Source of the DNA: a plasmid
Sequence record: NZ_CP014527.1
Direction: 5' to 3' (one strand)
Length of the DNA: 64,000 nucleotides
In this document: in pieces, positions 1-9,740 of the stretch
How positions within the stretch are numbered: position 1 is the first letter of the stretch
Layout: every line of letters begins with the position of its first letter
Made by a program: the position numbers and the translations under genes
The notes under the pieces: generated by a model
What the model was told of the DNA's origin: nothing
The model's input: the letters and a program-made list of their open reading frames with translations, nothing else
The model's database searches: none

Positions 1-1070
1 CAATACCCCCTGATAACCCCGTAAGAGAGGATACTATACCTCACAATGAAGGTGTTGAAGGCGCTGTTTATAAAAGTAACTTTGCCACTGGCCCGGTAAC
101 GATAACACTGGGTATGAACGAGCCAACTCCTGTTCTTGTTAATGGCGTCCAGGTTGCTGAGATCATTGATTATAATCACTTGGCTGGGGGCGCTTTTGAT
201 GATCACCTGACAGGCAATGATCTTAACAACATTTTCCGTTCCAGTGGTGGCCATGACACCATCGATGGCCAAGGGGGCTGCGACTATATGGACTATGGTG
301 AAGAACAGGGACATATCGTCGTGACGCTGGCTGATGGCGGCCAGAGTTCCGTCGTTCGTGTCAATGGTACTGACAAAGATACCTTGAAGAATATTGAGGC
401 CATCATTGGTGGGGATGGAGATGACAGAATAACGGGCAATGACGGTAACAATATCCTGCTGGGTAACGCAGGCAATGATATCCTGAAGGGCGGTGCAGGC
501 GATGATGCCCTGCATGGTGGCGATGGTGATGACCATTTGGATGGAGGCCCCGGCAATGACTTCCTGGCCGGGGGAGCGGGAAAAGACACTGTCAGCTATG
601 CCAGCTATACGGACTCACTTGATGTAAAGTTGCGTGGCGAAACTTGGGGAACCGTGTCTATTGGTACCGGCGAGAAAGATTATCTTCATTCTATTGAAAT
701 TTTTGTTGCTGGCAGCGGTGATGACAAGTTGCGTGTTGAGCAACTGACATCAACCCTGTCCGGTGGTGCGGGTGCGGATACATTCAGTTACAATGGGTCA
801 TCTACTTCTGGTACGATCATAGGAGGTTGGCACCAGATACTGGATTTCAATGCCGCTGAAGGCGATCGAATTGATCTCTCTCATCTGAGCCAAGGCCTGT
901 TAGTTAATCATTTCAGCAACACGGGACCAGCCAGAAACGCTATCTGGGCAGAGCCACTTGGCAAAGACCTGTTTTTGCGTATTGAAGCTACAGGTGACGA
1001 TACTCCCGACTTCTCAATCCTGTTACAGAACACCTCTTCTTTATCTGCGTCAGATTTTACTTTTTCGTAA
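1..1070 (+). CDS. RTX-type calcium-binding repeat protein (5' partial, reading frame open to window start)
   Basis: Frame 3 has no stop from position 3 to the ATG at 114. There are multiple GGxGxD nonapeptide repeats ([43 protein letters not shown]). The C-terminal [17 protein letters not shown] block is shared with the RTX gene at 58418..59428. Confidence 0.8.
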   Translation, partial: IPPDNPVREDTIPHNEGVEGAVYKSNFATGPVTITLGMNEPTPVLVNGVQVAEIIDYNHLAGGAFDDHLTGNDLNNIFRSSGGHDTIDGQGGCDYMDYGEEQGHIVVTLADGGQSSVVRVNGTDKDTLKNIEAIIGGDGDDRITGNDGNNILLGNAGNDILKGGAGDDALHGGDGDDHLDGGPGNDFLAGGAGKDTVSYASYTDSLDVKLRGETWGTVSIGTGEKDYLHSIEIFVAGSGDDKLRVEQLTSTLSGGAGADTFSYNGSSTSGTIIGGWHQILDFNAAEGDRIDLSHLSQGLLVNHFSNTGPARNAIWAEPLGKDLFLRIEATGDDTPDFSILLQNTSSLSASDFTFS

Positions 1071-1249
1071 TATTTTGACATGAAGCTAGCCACTGTTCCC
1101 GATTCTATCGGGAACAGTGGTGCCTATGCCCGAGTTGACTTTGATTGCCGAGAGTCTGGGTGTGTCACCCGCTACACTGTACCATTGGCTGCCTGCTCAG
1201 ACGGTTTAGTGGGGTTTCTTTTCCCTTTTCTGAGACGCCCCCTTGTTCA

Positions 1250-1700
1250 GCCGAATCCGAGATATCCGCCGGCGTTAGACTGAGCATCAGGAGCCTACCA
1301 CCTTCTTCCCGGCGTCATATCCACGGGCCTTAGTAGCGGGCGCCTTGACCGACTGGCTGTCGATGACACCGCCACTCGGGCTCGTTTCGCGGCACTGCCG
1401 TTCGCGGTCGATCATCAACGTGATATCGTGGATGGTGCCGAACAGAAAGCGCCGCATCAGCGGTTCAGAATCACCAATACACGGTCTGCCAAGGTGAAAA
1501 ATCTCGGGGTAGCATTCGCCAGCCGCAGCCTGTTCGAACCAGGTACCGGATGGTATTAAGCGCTTCGCGTAAATCCACCTTCCGCTGACGGCCCCGTCGC
1601 GCCACCGGCGGCAGTAAATCTCTGATATAATTCCATTCGTCGTCGGTTAGATCGGTCGGATAGCGTGTCAGCTTCCGCTCGATTGCGCTACGCGAGCGCG
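1250..1700 (-). mobile_element. IS5-family (IS427/IS1031-like) transposase remnant, frameshifted, internally deleted and 3'-truncated
   Basis: Minus-strand translation gives [15 protein letters not shown]...[33 protein letters not shown], then a stop. In a shifted frame it continues FLFGTIHDITLMIDRERQ...SPSGGVIDSQSVKAPATKARGYDAGKK, and again LLMLSLTPADISDSA. Similarity is lost after that. Confidence 0.6.
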
Positions 1701-1772
1701 GGTTTTTCGCGTCCACATTCCGAGCTTGAATCACGACAGCCCGCGTCGCTCCAAGCATTTTCAAACGATCTC

Positions 1773-3002
1773 TTAGATCGCAGGCTGCGCCCTGACCGGC
1801 CGTCCTTCCAGAAGGTCTACGCCATAACGGCGAATCATGACCTTGGCAATCACAAGGGAGACTATCGCGGTCAGGGCAGTAATGCCGCCCAGAATCAGAT
1901 GCGACGGCAAAGGCAAAGCAAGAGCCACGGCACTGGTTGCTGCAGCCCATAACATCTGTGTTGTTCCAAGGACGGCTGAGGCTTTACCGCTTCCCCGCTC
2001 GAAAGGCTGCATGGCCAAGCCACGGGCCGGTCCCATAAGGCCGGAGAAGCCAATACAAATCAGGGCAACAGGCCCCATAAACAGAGCAACATGGCGTACA
2101 TCCGGCCATATACTCAGGCACAGTATCAGAAGGATCCCACCCCCAAGCATCAGCAAGGCGGACAGGCGCAAAACTGCCAGAGGTCCCTTTCGGGCGATCA
2201 GACGGGAAAAGGCAATACACACCAGACTGATCAAGCCGGCATTTGAGGCAAACAGTGCCCCGAACTCCAAGCTGGAAAGACCGTATCCTTCCATCAAAGT
2301 ATAAGGAATAAGAGTGACGTAGGACAAAACAACACCCAGCCCCATGCAGCAACATACAGAGAATCCGAGAAAAACAGGACTGGTCCACGGTAGTGTTTGG
2401 GCATGTGTGCCACCGTCCTCAATCCTTTTCGGTGTTGTTTCTGGCATGCGCCATGCGAGCCAGGTTGTCAGAAAAATTCCGAAACCTGTCAGGACAACAA
2501 AGCAGCTGCGCCACGAGAACCATGCGGTTAGTATCCCGCCAATGAGCGGAGCGGCAAAAGGAACTGCATTCAGAACCCCCATCAGAATGCTGTATTCACG
2601 CGCAGCATCTTTCCCGCTGTAACAGTCGCGTACCATTGCCGTTGCACACACAGCGGCCGAGCTTGCCATAATGCCTTGTAGTAGACGCAGCCCCAGAAAC
2701 TCCGACAACCCTTCAGAGAAAACAATCAGCAGAGACAGCAACGCAAACAGGGAGCATCCCCAGATGGCAACAGGACGACGGCCTATCCGATCCGAAAGCG
2801 GACCCCATACAAGCTGCCCCAACCCAAGCCCTGCCAAATACATGCTTATAGACAACGATGCTTGCGATCCAAGATCTTCAGCAATCTGTGGCACCGCCGG
2901 CAGGTAGATATCTACACCCAAGGGGCTGAGCATAATCAGGGCACGAGCCGCCAGTATGGCAGGTCGTCCAATATGTGAATTTTGGGGAGAAGTCACAGAC
3001 AT
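1773..3002 (-). CDS. MFS transporter (Bcr/CflA-like drug efflux type)
   Basis: About 410 aa with 12 predicted TM-like hydrophobic stretches. Contains the MFS motif [12 protein letters not shown]. The start was chosen at MSVTSP, while the ORF track starts 34 codons earlier. Confidence 0.7.
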   Translation of the reverse strand: MSVTSPQNSHIGRPAILAARALIMLSPLGVDIYLPAVPQIAEDLGSQASLSISMYLAGLGLGQLVWGPLSDRIGRRPVAIWGCSLFALLSLLIVFSEGLSEFLGLRLLQGIMASSAAVCATAMVRDCYSGKDAAREYSILMGVLNAVPFAAPLIGGILTAWFSWRSCFVVLTGFGIFLTTWLAWRMPETTPKRIEDGGTHAQTLPWTSPVFLGFSVCCCMGLGVVLSYVTLIPYTLMEGYGLSSLEFGALFASNAGLISLVCIAFSRLIARKGPLAVLRLSALLMLGGGILLILCLSIWPDVRHVALFMGPVALICIGFSGLMGPARGLAMQPFERGSGKASAVLGTTQMLWAAATSAVALALPLPSHLILGGITALTAIVSLVIAKVMIRRYGVDLLEGRPVRAQPAI

Positions 3003-3078
3003 GCCTGCTTTATTAAACGACGCGCGGGGAATAGAGCAAACAAGGCCTTGCCGTTTGTCACAAAGGAGCAGGAGCCTA

Positions 3079-3792
3079 TCATGCCTGGACCGGTAGGGAA
3101 ACAAGCGTACGGAAATCTTTTTTCTCGTAATATGTGCTTATCGACCGCCCATCCCAAACGTAGCACAAGTGCCTCTCTTGACGACAATCTGACAGGACAC
3201 ATGGACGGAACGCGGCAATGCATTCACCGCCACGATGCCGCACGCTATTATAGACCAAGCCATTCTCGCCCTGTGCACGCAGCGTACCCGCTATCGCCTG
3301 TGAGGCGGCGTAGCTGTCCGGATCATACAGGCCCGGATGAGTCTTTTGGCACCCCCTCAGGTCGATCATATCGGCAGAGACCGTGACGACATAGGCTCGC
3401 ATATCCAGCTCCATCGGGGGCTGCCGTGTTGCTCCCATAAAACGGGATCGATGATAGCTGGTTTCCTTGATCGCTGTTTCTAAGGCATATGCTGCATAGA
3501 AAACGCCATAGGATGATGTTGCAAAACGGCTCCCCTCAGGATTGAGATGGGTAAATGCGGCCATAATCACGCTTGTTCCCGGCCCGCTGATCCGGTCTTG
3601 TGGGGGAACTAGGCGAATATCACCAACGGCATCACGCAAACGGGGGTTGGTCATGCACTCAAGCTCGATGACAGCTTCTAGGTCAGAAGGATCTGTAACA
3701 CGCTCAAACAGATTAACAGGAGGGAACCGGCTGGGGATAATCCGCCATCCAGGATTCCATTCAACGCGACAGACTGGAAAGGTCATGCCCAC
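3079..3792 (-). CDS. RES-domain toxin (RES-Xre type II TA, NAD+-targeting family)
   Basis: WRIIPSRFPP...GSRFATSSYGVFYAAYALETAIKE matches the RES domain architecture. It overlaps the stop of the upstream Xre-like antitoxin gene by 10 nt. Confidence 0.75.
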   Translation of the reverse strand: MGMTFPVCRVEWNPGWRIIPSRFPPVNLFERVTDPSDLEAVIELECMTNPRLRDAVGDIRLVPPQDRISGPGTSVIMAAFTHLNPEGSRFATSSYGVFYAAYALETAIKETSYHRSRFMGATRQPPMELDMRAYVVTVSADMIDLRGCQKTHPGLYDPDSYAASQAIAGTLRAQGENGLVYNSVRHRGGECIAAFRPCVLSDCRQERHLCYVWDGRSISTYYEKKDFRTLVSLPVQA

Positions 3793-4187
3793 CCACCACG
3801 CTGGGAATCCAGGTACTGCCGGACAACAAACAGGTCAGAGACCTGGCCAGACAGCATCCGCTCCAGTGCGGACTGGCCATTGAACACGGGTGCCATATTG
3901 GGGCACCGAATCCATTGATCCGCAGCTCCTGTATCAGTGAGAAGGATCTGTAATGCCTTGTAGATACCCAGAATATAGGAGATCCGTTCCAAGGTATCCT
4001 TGGGCAAGGCTGAGACATGTCCCTTTTTCCATTTAAAAAAGGTGGATCGTGCCTGTACCCCCAACAAAATCATGCACTCCTCAACCGATAATCTCCATAG
4101 GTCCGCAATCCGGAAGAATGTACGCAAGGCAGGGCCCGCAAGATCACGGCGATTGGTGGCCGGTTCAGCACAAGGAATCGGGACCAT
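3783..4187 (-). CDS. Xre/MbcA/ParS-like antitoxin (DUF2384-type toxin-binding domain)
   Basis: The C-terminal region (ILLTDTGAADQWIRCPNMAPVFNGQSALERMLSGQVSDLFVVRQYL) resembles the MbcA/ParS toxin-binding domain. The start was chosen at MVPIPC (4187), which has GGAG 7 nt upstream. The ORF track start is 4262. Confidence 0.7.
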   Translation of the reverse strand: MVPIPCAEPATNRRDLAGPALRTFFRIADLWRLSVEECMILLGVQARSTFFKWKKGHVSALPKDTLERISYILGIYKALQILLTDTGAADQWIRCPNMAPVFNGQSALERMLSGQVSDLFVVRQYLDSQRGGWA

Positions 4188-4528
4188 CTCAAAGCTCCAT
4201 ATAAAGATTTTATTACATAATAGTCCATATATAGACCTTTTTAAAGGAGAATAACTGATCATAAAACGGTTAATGAGTGTATTTATTCCGCACCGTGAAT
4301 GAACAAATCAAGAACATTTCGAAGCCTGAATACTGAAAAAGCTCGGATACACCTGAGACGATGGAAAAAGCGCCAGCAGAAATCATTGCGCCCCCATGTC
4401 ATGAGAAGGGCACAAGCCCGGCCTGATCTTGAGGATTAACCCGCCGGGACAACCCGTTCCTGTCTGGGTGAAAGGCCATGCCGCTATGGCTGCCCCCTTC
4501 ATCCTTTGACGCCATGGCAGAGGCCCTT

Positions 4529-5935
4529 ATGACGTACCAAGAAGTTACCATCACCGACGCGGGTCGTCGTTCGATCATCAATGCGACCGGGACGAACCCG
4601 GTCAAGATTACCCGCGCCGCTCTTGGCAGCGAACAGTACACCCCCGACCCGTCCCAGACACGGCTGCGCAGCGTGGCGCCGAAATACCTGTCCAGCCTGT
4701 CCGGCGAGGTTGTCAACGGCGACACCATCCACCTAACTATCACCGATGCCTCCGACGACGCCTATCGTGTGGCGGAACTGGGCCTGTTCACCGAAGACAA
4801 CATCTTGCTCGCCGTTTACAGCCAGCCCGATGGCGCGTTCATGGAAAAGGCCGCTGGCTCCACCCTTCTACTGTCGGTCGATATCGCCCTGCACAGCCTG
4901 AGCACCACCAGCATCAGCTTTGGCGACACCCGCTTTAGCAACCCTCCGGCCAGTGAAACGGTCAAGGGCGTGGTGCTGCTGGCATCGCCCGAGGATGTGG
5001 AAAGCGGCACCGACACCACCAAGGCGGTCACGCCATCAGGCCTGAAGAAGGCTCTGGATGCGAAGGCGTTTGCCCTGGCCAATGCGCTGAAGCCGGCCGA
5101 TATCCTGGATGCCTCAGAGGAGCACAAGGGCCTGGTGGAGCTGGCCACCACCGCCGAGGCCATGGCTGGGACTGATGCGACCCGTGCGGTTACGCCGGCA
5201 GGCTTGCGCCGGACCGTGGACGACAAGGCCGCAACCGTAAAGGCCGACCTGGAGCAAGCCTTCGCCGCCGCCGATGCCACCCTCAAGGCTCAAATCGAGA
5301 ACACAATCACCCAAACCGCAAAAAACATAAAAGAAGAGGTGGGGGCCGCCACTGAAAACACCCTTGGCATCGTCCGGCTGGCAACAGCGGATGAAATCAA
5401 GGCCGGGACGAACACGGAAAAGGCGGTCACGCCGGCTGCGCTGGCCCAGGCTTTTCCGGCCCCGGTGGGCAGCGTGATCATGCATGCCGGGCGGACACCC
5501 CCGCCATCTTACCTTGTATGCGATGGACAAACATTGTCACGAACAGACTATGCACAACTGTTCGCAGTGATCGGAACCACGTTCGGAAGTGGTAACGGCC
5601 GGACAACCTTCTCCCTGCCAGACCTCCGCGGTGAATTCCTGCGCGGTTGGGATGGAGGAAGAGGTGCCGATCCGGGGCGGACGTTCGGAAGCTGGCAGAA
5701 AGGCTCATTGATCGCCGGGAATGAGAACACTGATGTACAGGTGCATGCATTCGAAGCCGTATCTCGAAGCCGGGATGGCTTGGGATGGGACAGGCCCAGC
5801 ATATCCCATTACTCGGGTCGGTCTACCTACGCCCATACAAACATCGTGCAAGCAGGCGGGCTTTATACCGAAGACCACTACGGCGTCACCCGCCCCCGCA
5901 ACGTCGCCCTCCTCCCCTGTATCCGCTATCAATGA
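4529..5935 (+). CDS. phage tail fiber protein (tail-collar fibre N-terminal region, fiber repeats, C-terminal tail-collar domain)
   Basis: Three GTDTTKAVTPSGL-type phage fiber repeats. The C-terminal LVCDGQTLSRTDYAQLFAVIGTTFGSGNGRTTFSLPDLRGEFLRG matches the tail collar motif. The start at MTYQ has GAGG 5 nt upstream; alternative starts are 4478 and 4514. Confidence 0.8.
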   Translation: MTYQEVTITDAGRRSIINATGTNPVKITRAALGSEQYTPDPSQTRLRSVAPKYLSSLSGEVVNGDTIHLTITDASDDAYRVAELGLFTEDNILLAVYSQPDGAFMEKAAGSTLLLSVDIALHSLSTTSISFGDTRFSNPPASETVKGVVLLASPEDVESGTDTTKAVTPSGLKKALDAKAFALANALKPADILDASEEHKGLVELATTAEAMAGTDATRAVTPAGLRRTVDDKAATVKADLEQAFAAADATLKAQIENTITQTAKNIKEEVGAATENTLGIVRLATADEIKAGTNTEKAVTPAALAQAFPAPVGSVIMHAGRTPPPSYLVCDGQTLSRTDYAQLFAVIGTTFGSGNGRTTFSLPDLRGEFLRGWDGGRGADPGRTFGSWQKGSLIAGNENTDVQVHAFEAVSRSRDGLGWDRPSISHYSGRSTYAHTNIVQAGGLYTEDHYGVTRPRNVALLPCIRYQ

Positions 5936-5940
5936 GGTTT

Positions 5941-6388
5941 ATGATGCCTTACACAATCTATCGCACAATCGATAACATTTATGTTGGTGAAGCCATTCTT
6001 GATGACAGCCACCGCAATCCACTTTCACCCGATAACTGGCTGATCCCCGCCGGGTGCGTCACCGTCCCGCCGCCTGCGCTGGCCGAGGGCGAACAGGCCC
6101 GCTGGGATCAGGATACCTGGGTGATTGAGGCCATTCCGAAAGAAGAACCGATAACAATCACCCCCCCCCACAGCTGCCTTGGTCAAGGAGACAGCTTGGC
6201 ACTACCTTCTCAAGACCGACTGGTACATCGTACGACAGTTGGAAACCGGCAAGGCCATCCCTGAGTCAGTGACTGCCCTCCGCGCCGCTATCCGTACCCG
6301 GTGCGATAGACTGGAGGCTATGGATCCCATCCCCAACGATTACTACGACGATAAATACTGGCCACAGGAACAACCGGACGGACATTAA
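5941..6388 (+). pseudogene. phage tail fiber assembly protein (Tfa/Caudo_TAP-like), frameshifted at a C9 homopolymer
   Basis: The N-terminal part lies in frame 1 (MMPYTIYRTIDNIYVGEAILDD...ITITPP). The C-terminal part lies in frame 2 (TAALVKETAWHYLLKTDWYIVRQLETGKAIPESVTALRAAIRTRCDRLEAMDPIP). The two frames join at the CCCCCCCCC tract at 6161..6169, and one extra C would restore a roughly 150-aa Tfa. Confidence 0.65.
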
Positions 6389-6430
6389 CACGACAGACCG
6401 CTACAGGATGACCTAAACACACGATCAGGC

Positions 6431-6465
6431 AGGACTACCTTTCCATAAGGTAGTCCTGTTTCTTC
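6431..6465 (+). terminator. rho-independent terminator (11-bp perfect stem aggactacctt/aaggtagtcct, loop tccat, T-rich tail)
   Basis: Read directly from the sequence downstream of the tfa stop. Confidence 0.6.
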
Positions 6466-6703
6466 GTCTGCACCGGAAAAAACAAAACATATTTTTGAAA
6501 ACTTTATGACGAACTTAAGCCATTTTTCTATATAATAAACAATGTACTGATCTCTTGTTATGAATGGCAGGAACACTCGTTCGTTCATGCTAGGAACAAC
6601 AAGATTAGTAACACAGGCGAAGGTGCGTCAGAAAGAGGCACCCCTGCGCCATATACACGAAACGCTACATAGCATTTTATTACTTATTGCAAGGAAATCT
6701 TAC

Positions 6704-7474
6704 ATGTATCCCATAGATTATAACTCCTACCGCTCTGTTGCGGGATTCAATCGCCGGGTCCGTTTCTTGGTCATGCATTATACAGCTGTTGATTTTGCCG
6801 CATCAGCACGCGCACTGACTGGAAAAAATGTCAGCGCACACTACTTGGTCCCTGATCCGACCGATCCGACATACAAGGCTGCGGGCTTCCATGACATGCG
6901 AATCTTCAATCTGGTAGACGAGCAGGAACGCGCTTGGCATGCCGGGCGCAGCGCATGGGCAGGACGTTCCAACCTGAATGACACGGCCATTGGGATCGAA
7001 ATCGTCAACCTTGCCAGTGACAACGGCGGGCAGTTCACATTCCCTCCCTATAATTCAGAACAGATGGAGGCTATCAAACAGCTGGCCCTGAACATCCTAG
7101 AACGCTATCCCGATATCACACCCACCAATGTGATTGGTCATTCCGACATTGCACCGGGACGAAAGAGCGACCCCGGCGCAGCCTTCCCTTGGGAAGCCCT
7201 GTATCAAAGCGGCATAGGTGCCTGGTACAACGACGAAACCAAGCAGAAGTATATGACACAGTTTACGGCAGGAGGAATACCCGACCGGAACAGTGTGATT
7301 GGCAAATTCAAGAAATACGGCTACGACACGTCTGAGGCTGGAACAGACAGTGGTTTCCGCAGCCTAGTGCGCAGTCTGCAACTGCATTTCCGTCAAAGCA
7401 ATTATGACGGGGCACTGGATGTTGAAACCGCGGCAATCCTGTATGCTTTGGTCGATAAGTACTTTCCTGCCTAA
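6704..7474 (+). CDS. N-acetylmuramoyl-L-alanine amidase (Amidase_2/AmiD-AmpD family) with C-terminal peptidoglycan-binding-like domain; possibly prophage endolysin
   Basis: Motifs VMHYTA, SAHYLV, ERAWHAGRSAWAGRSNLNDTAIGIEIVN and IGHSDIAPGRKSDPG. The start is at MYPID with AGGA upstream; the ORF track starts at 6560. Confidence 0.8.
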   Translation: MYPIDYNSYRSVAGFNRRVRFLVMHYTAVDFAASARALTGKNVSAHYLVPDPTDPTYKAAGFHDMRIFNLVDEQERAWHAGRSAWAGRSNLNDTAIGIEIVNLASDNGGQFTFPPYNSEQMEAIKQLALNILERYPDITPTNVIGHSDIAPGRKSDPGAAFPWEALYQSGIGAWYNDETKQKYMTQFTAGGIPDRNSVIGKFKKYGYDTSEAGTDSGFRSLVRSLQLHFRQSNYDGALDVETAAILYALVDKYFPA

Positions 7475-7507
7475 ATAAGGCACAGCCTACAGGTATGGAG
7501 GCCCTGA

Positions 7508-7544
7508 TCCGCAAGGACGGGGCCTCTTTTTTCTCCAGAAGAGA
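7508..7544 (+). terminator. rho-independent terminator (gaggccc...gggcctc followed by tttttt)
   Basis: Read directly from the sequence downstream of the amidase stop. Confidence 0.55.
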
Positions 7545-7647
7545 ACCCATTACAGAACACTATATACAGAAATGACATACGTTGACAATTCACAGAAGAG
7601 AACAAAATATGGCGTTAACATAATAAAATAATAATAAATACAGTCGA

Positions 7648-7658
7648 TTAACAGTTAA
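7648..7658. promoter_or_regulatory. 11-bp palindrome TTAACAGTTAA in AT-rich region upstream of the HTH-cupin-methyltransferase gene; candidate operator
   Basis: Perfect inverted repeat in the sequence, about 95 bp upstream of the GTG start at 7752. Confidence 0.3.
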
Positions 7659-7751
7659 CATACAATCACGTCAACGGGGGATCGTATGTACTTTTACATA
7701 TAACGGAAGATCGAATGCTCTTTTAACCACCCAACCAAAAGGAAATGTCCG

Positions 7752-9740
7752 GTGAACGAAGGATCTCCGTCGCCCGCAATCAGCGCTGCACTGGCCCGTA
7801 ACCTGACCACCGCCCGGAATGAACGAGGCATGACGCTTGGAGGTCTTGCCGAAAGTAGCGGTGTCGCAGATTCCATTCTTTCAGGCATTGAATGGGGCAA
7901 ACAAACGCCTACGATCGAGCTTGTATCCCGCTTGGCCAATGCACTGGGGGTTTCCTTTGGATGCCTGTTACAGAGTACGGATCATCCGGTTGCTGTTTCC
8001 GAGAACGGGGTTCAGGTCACACTGATAGATCGCCAGGACACCCCACGGATCATTGAAACGTACCTTATGGACCTGTGCCCTTCCGCGACACGTTACGCCG
8101 GAGGACATCCAGACGGTGTGGAAGAACAGATAACCGTACTGAGCGGCGTCTTGACCGCTGGCCCACGGGAGGCCCCTTCACGCCTGATCCCGGGTCAGAG
8201 CCTCCGTTTCCGCGCTGACGGTCCCCACATATACCGCTCTGGAAGCAATCCGGTACGGGCCTCGGTTACCGTTATCTATCCGGAACATAAACACGATGAT
8301 CCGACAGTTTTTGATGTCAGCCTGCCATGGCCCGACGACGGTGAGGACTGGCGCATAGTCGGCAAGCTGCTTGAACGGGCCCATATCGAGGTACAGAACG
8401 GCGTAGACATGCGGCGGATCCTCTTTACAGGTTGCCCGCTCGATCAGGATGATGCTATCGAAAACCTAGAACAATACGTCCTTGAACACAGAAGAAAGAA
8501 GGGGAGCAATGCCTTGCAGGTTCATGTCCTGCAACACCCTCTTCCGGGGTTATGCGTATTATGGCGGGGAAAACGGTTAAGCCCCCTCAATAAGGACAAC
8601 AGCCACACGGCATGGGGCACAGCATACCGTATGGCGCAGATGGCAGCAGACAACACCGCCTTCCCTGCCCTTGATCCCATAACAAGAGCGGAGTTAATGC
8701 AGATTGCAGGAACAGGTCCAACCCTGCACGCTGCCTTGGCAGCAGAGGCACTGACCCTACATGGTCTTCCCTCAACCCCATCCGGTATTTCGTGCAAGGA
8801 TCCGGCTATCAGGTCAAGACCACGTACAGGGGACGGCATACTGTTTGAAGACCGGATTGATGTTGATGCATACGAAGCCTACGAACTGGTCCACCCCGCG
8901 TATGCCCGTCAGGTTCTGGCACTGGCCGGCGCTCTCCAGAGAGCAGGTGTTTCACCACGCGCCCGTCTTCTGGATATAGGAACTGGCCCGGGCCTGCCTT
9001 TGGAAATGCTGCTACAGCTGATGCCCAGTCTACAGGTTACAGCCCTTGATCCCAGTGAAACCGCTTTCCGGCATCTGCAAAAGCGCTTTTCGGGTCATCC
9101 CGGCGTTACCATGTTACAATGCGGCATTGACAGCTTTGAGAATACAGGGCCTGTCTTTGACTCTGCTATATCCGTGGGTGCGTCACACCACCTAGATACG
9201 GCTCTCTTCTTCCGCGCAACAGCCGATACACTGGCTGATGGTGCGTCGTTTGTTGTAAGCGATGAAATGATAGCCCCATTCAGAACGGTTGAGGAGCGGC
9301 AGCTGAATCTGGTTGCGCATCACCTTCACTATGTTGCTGACACGCTGGTCCCAATTCCATACGCTCTTCTGTCTTCGGAAGAAGGTGAGGTTGTCCGTGC
9401 ATTCCGCAGGCACGTACCAGTCTGCTTGTCCTTAGCAACTGCACGGCTGCCCGGTGCTTTATCGTATGTACGGGATCTCTTCAAAATCGTGGACAAAATA
9501 CCTCTTCCGGAGCCAGTCAGTCACCCGCTTATGGCTTTCTATCGCTTCCACATTCTGGAACTTCAGGCTCTAGTCGCAGGCCTTGACTACGAAGTTGAAC
9601 AAAAAACATATGCACAGCGCCTTGTCGCTCTTGCTGATACAGAAGGCTTTAGCTGTGTTCATCATCAACGGCTGTACAAAACACAGGGGAACGGGGAATG
9701 GGACGCAGGAACACATCTCTTCACATTCCGCAAACAATGA
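7752..9740 (+). CDS. XRE-family HTH + cupin domain protein fused to a class I SAM-dependent methyltransferase domain
   Basis: The N-terminus (LARNLTTARNERGMTLGGLAESSGVADSILSGIEWGKQTPTIELVSRLANALGVSF) is HTH_XRE-like and is followed by a cupin-like segment. The C-terminus has methyltransferase motif I (LLDIGTGPGLPLEMLL). The start is GTG, and the stop overlaps the azlC start as ATGA. Confidence 0.65.
   Translation: MNEGSPSPAISAALARNLTTARNERGMTLGGLAESSGVADSILSGIEWGKQTPTIELVSRLANALGVSFGCLLQSTDHPVAVSENGVQVTLIDRQDTPRIIETYLMDLCPSATRYAGGHPDGVEEQITVLSGVLTAGPREAPSRLIPGQSLRFRADGPHIYRSGSNPVRASVTVIYPEHKHDDPTVFDVSLPWPDDGEDWRIVGKLLERAHIEVQNGVDMRRILFTGCPLDQDDAIENLEQYVLEHRRKKGSNALQVHVLQHPLPGLCVLWRGKRLSPLNKDNSHTAWGTAYRMAQMAADNTAFPALDPITRAELMQIAGTGPTLHAALAAEALTLHGLPSTPSGISCKDPAIRSRPRTGDGILFEDRIDVDAYEAYELVHPAYARQVLALAGALQRAGVSPRARLLDIGTGPGLPLEMLLQLMPSLQVTALDPSETAFRHLQKRFSGHPGVTMLQCGIDSFENTGPVFDSAISVGASHHLDTALFFRATADTLADGASFVVSDEMIAPFRTVEERQLNLVAHHLHYVADTLVPIPYALLSSEEGEVVRAFRRHVPVCLSLATARLPGALSYVRDLFKIVDKIPLPEPVSHPLMAFYRFHILELQALVAGLDYEVEQKTYAQRLVALADTEGFSCVHHQRLYKTQGNGEWDAGTHLFTFRKQ

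Noticed and set aside
293-589. 98-aa minus-strand ORF rich in Pro/Ser/Ala
   Set aside because: It is the antisense reading of the GGxGxD repeat region of the RTX gene, so it is a low-complexity mirror ORF.
5785-6264. 159-aa plus ORF overlapping the tail fiber 3' end
   Set aside because: Upstream of 5932 it is an alternative-frame overlap of the tail fiber gene. Only the part from ~5941 onward is real, as the Tfa N-terminal segment.
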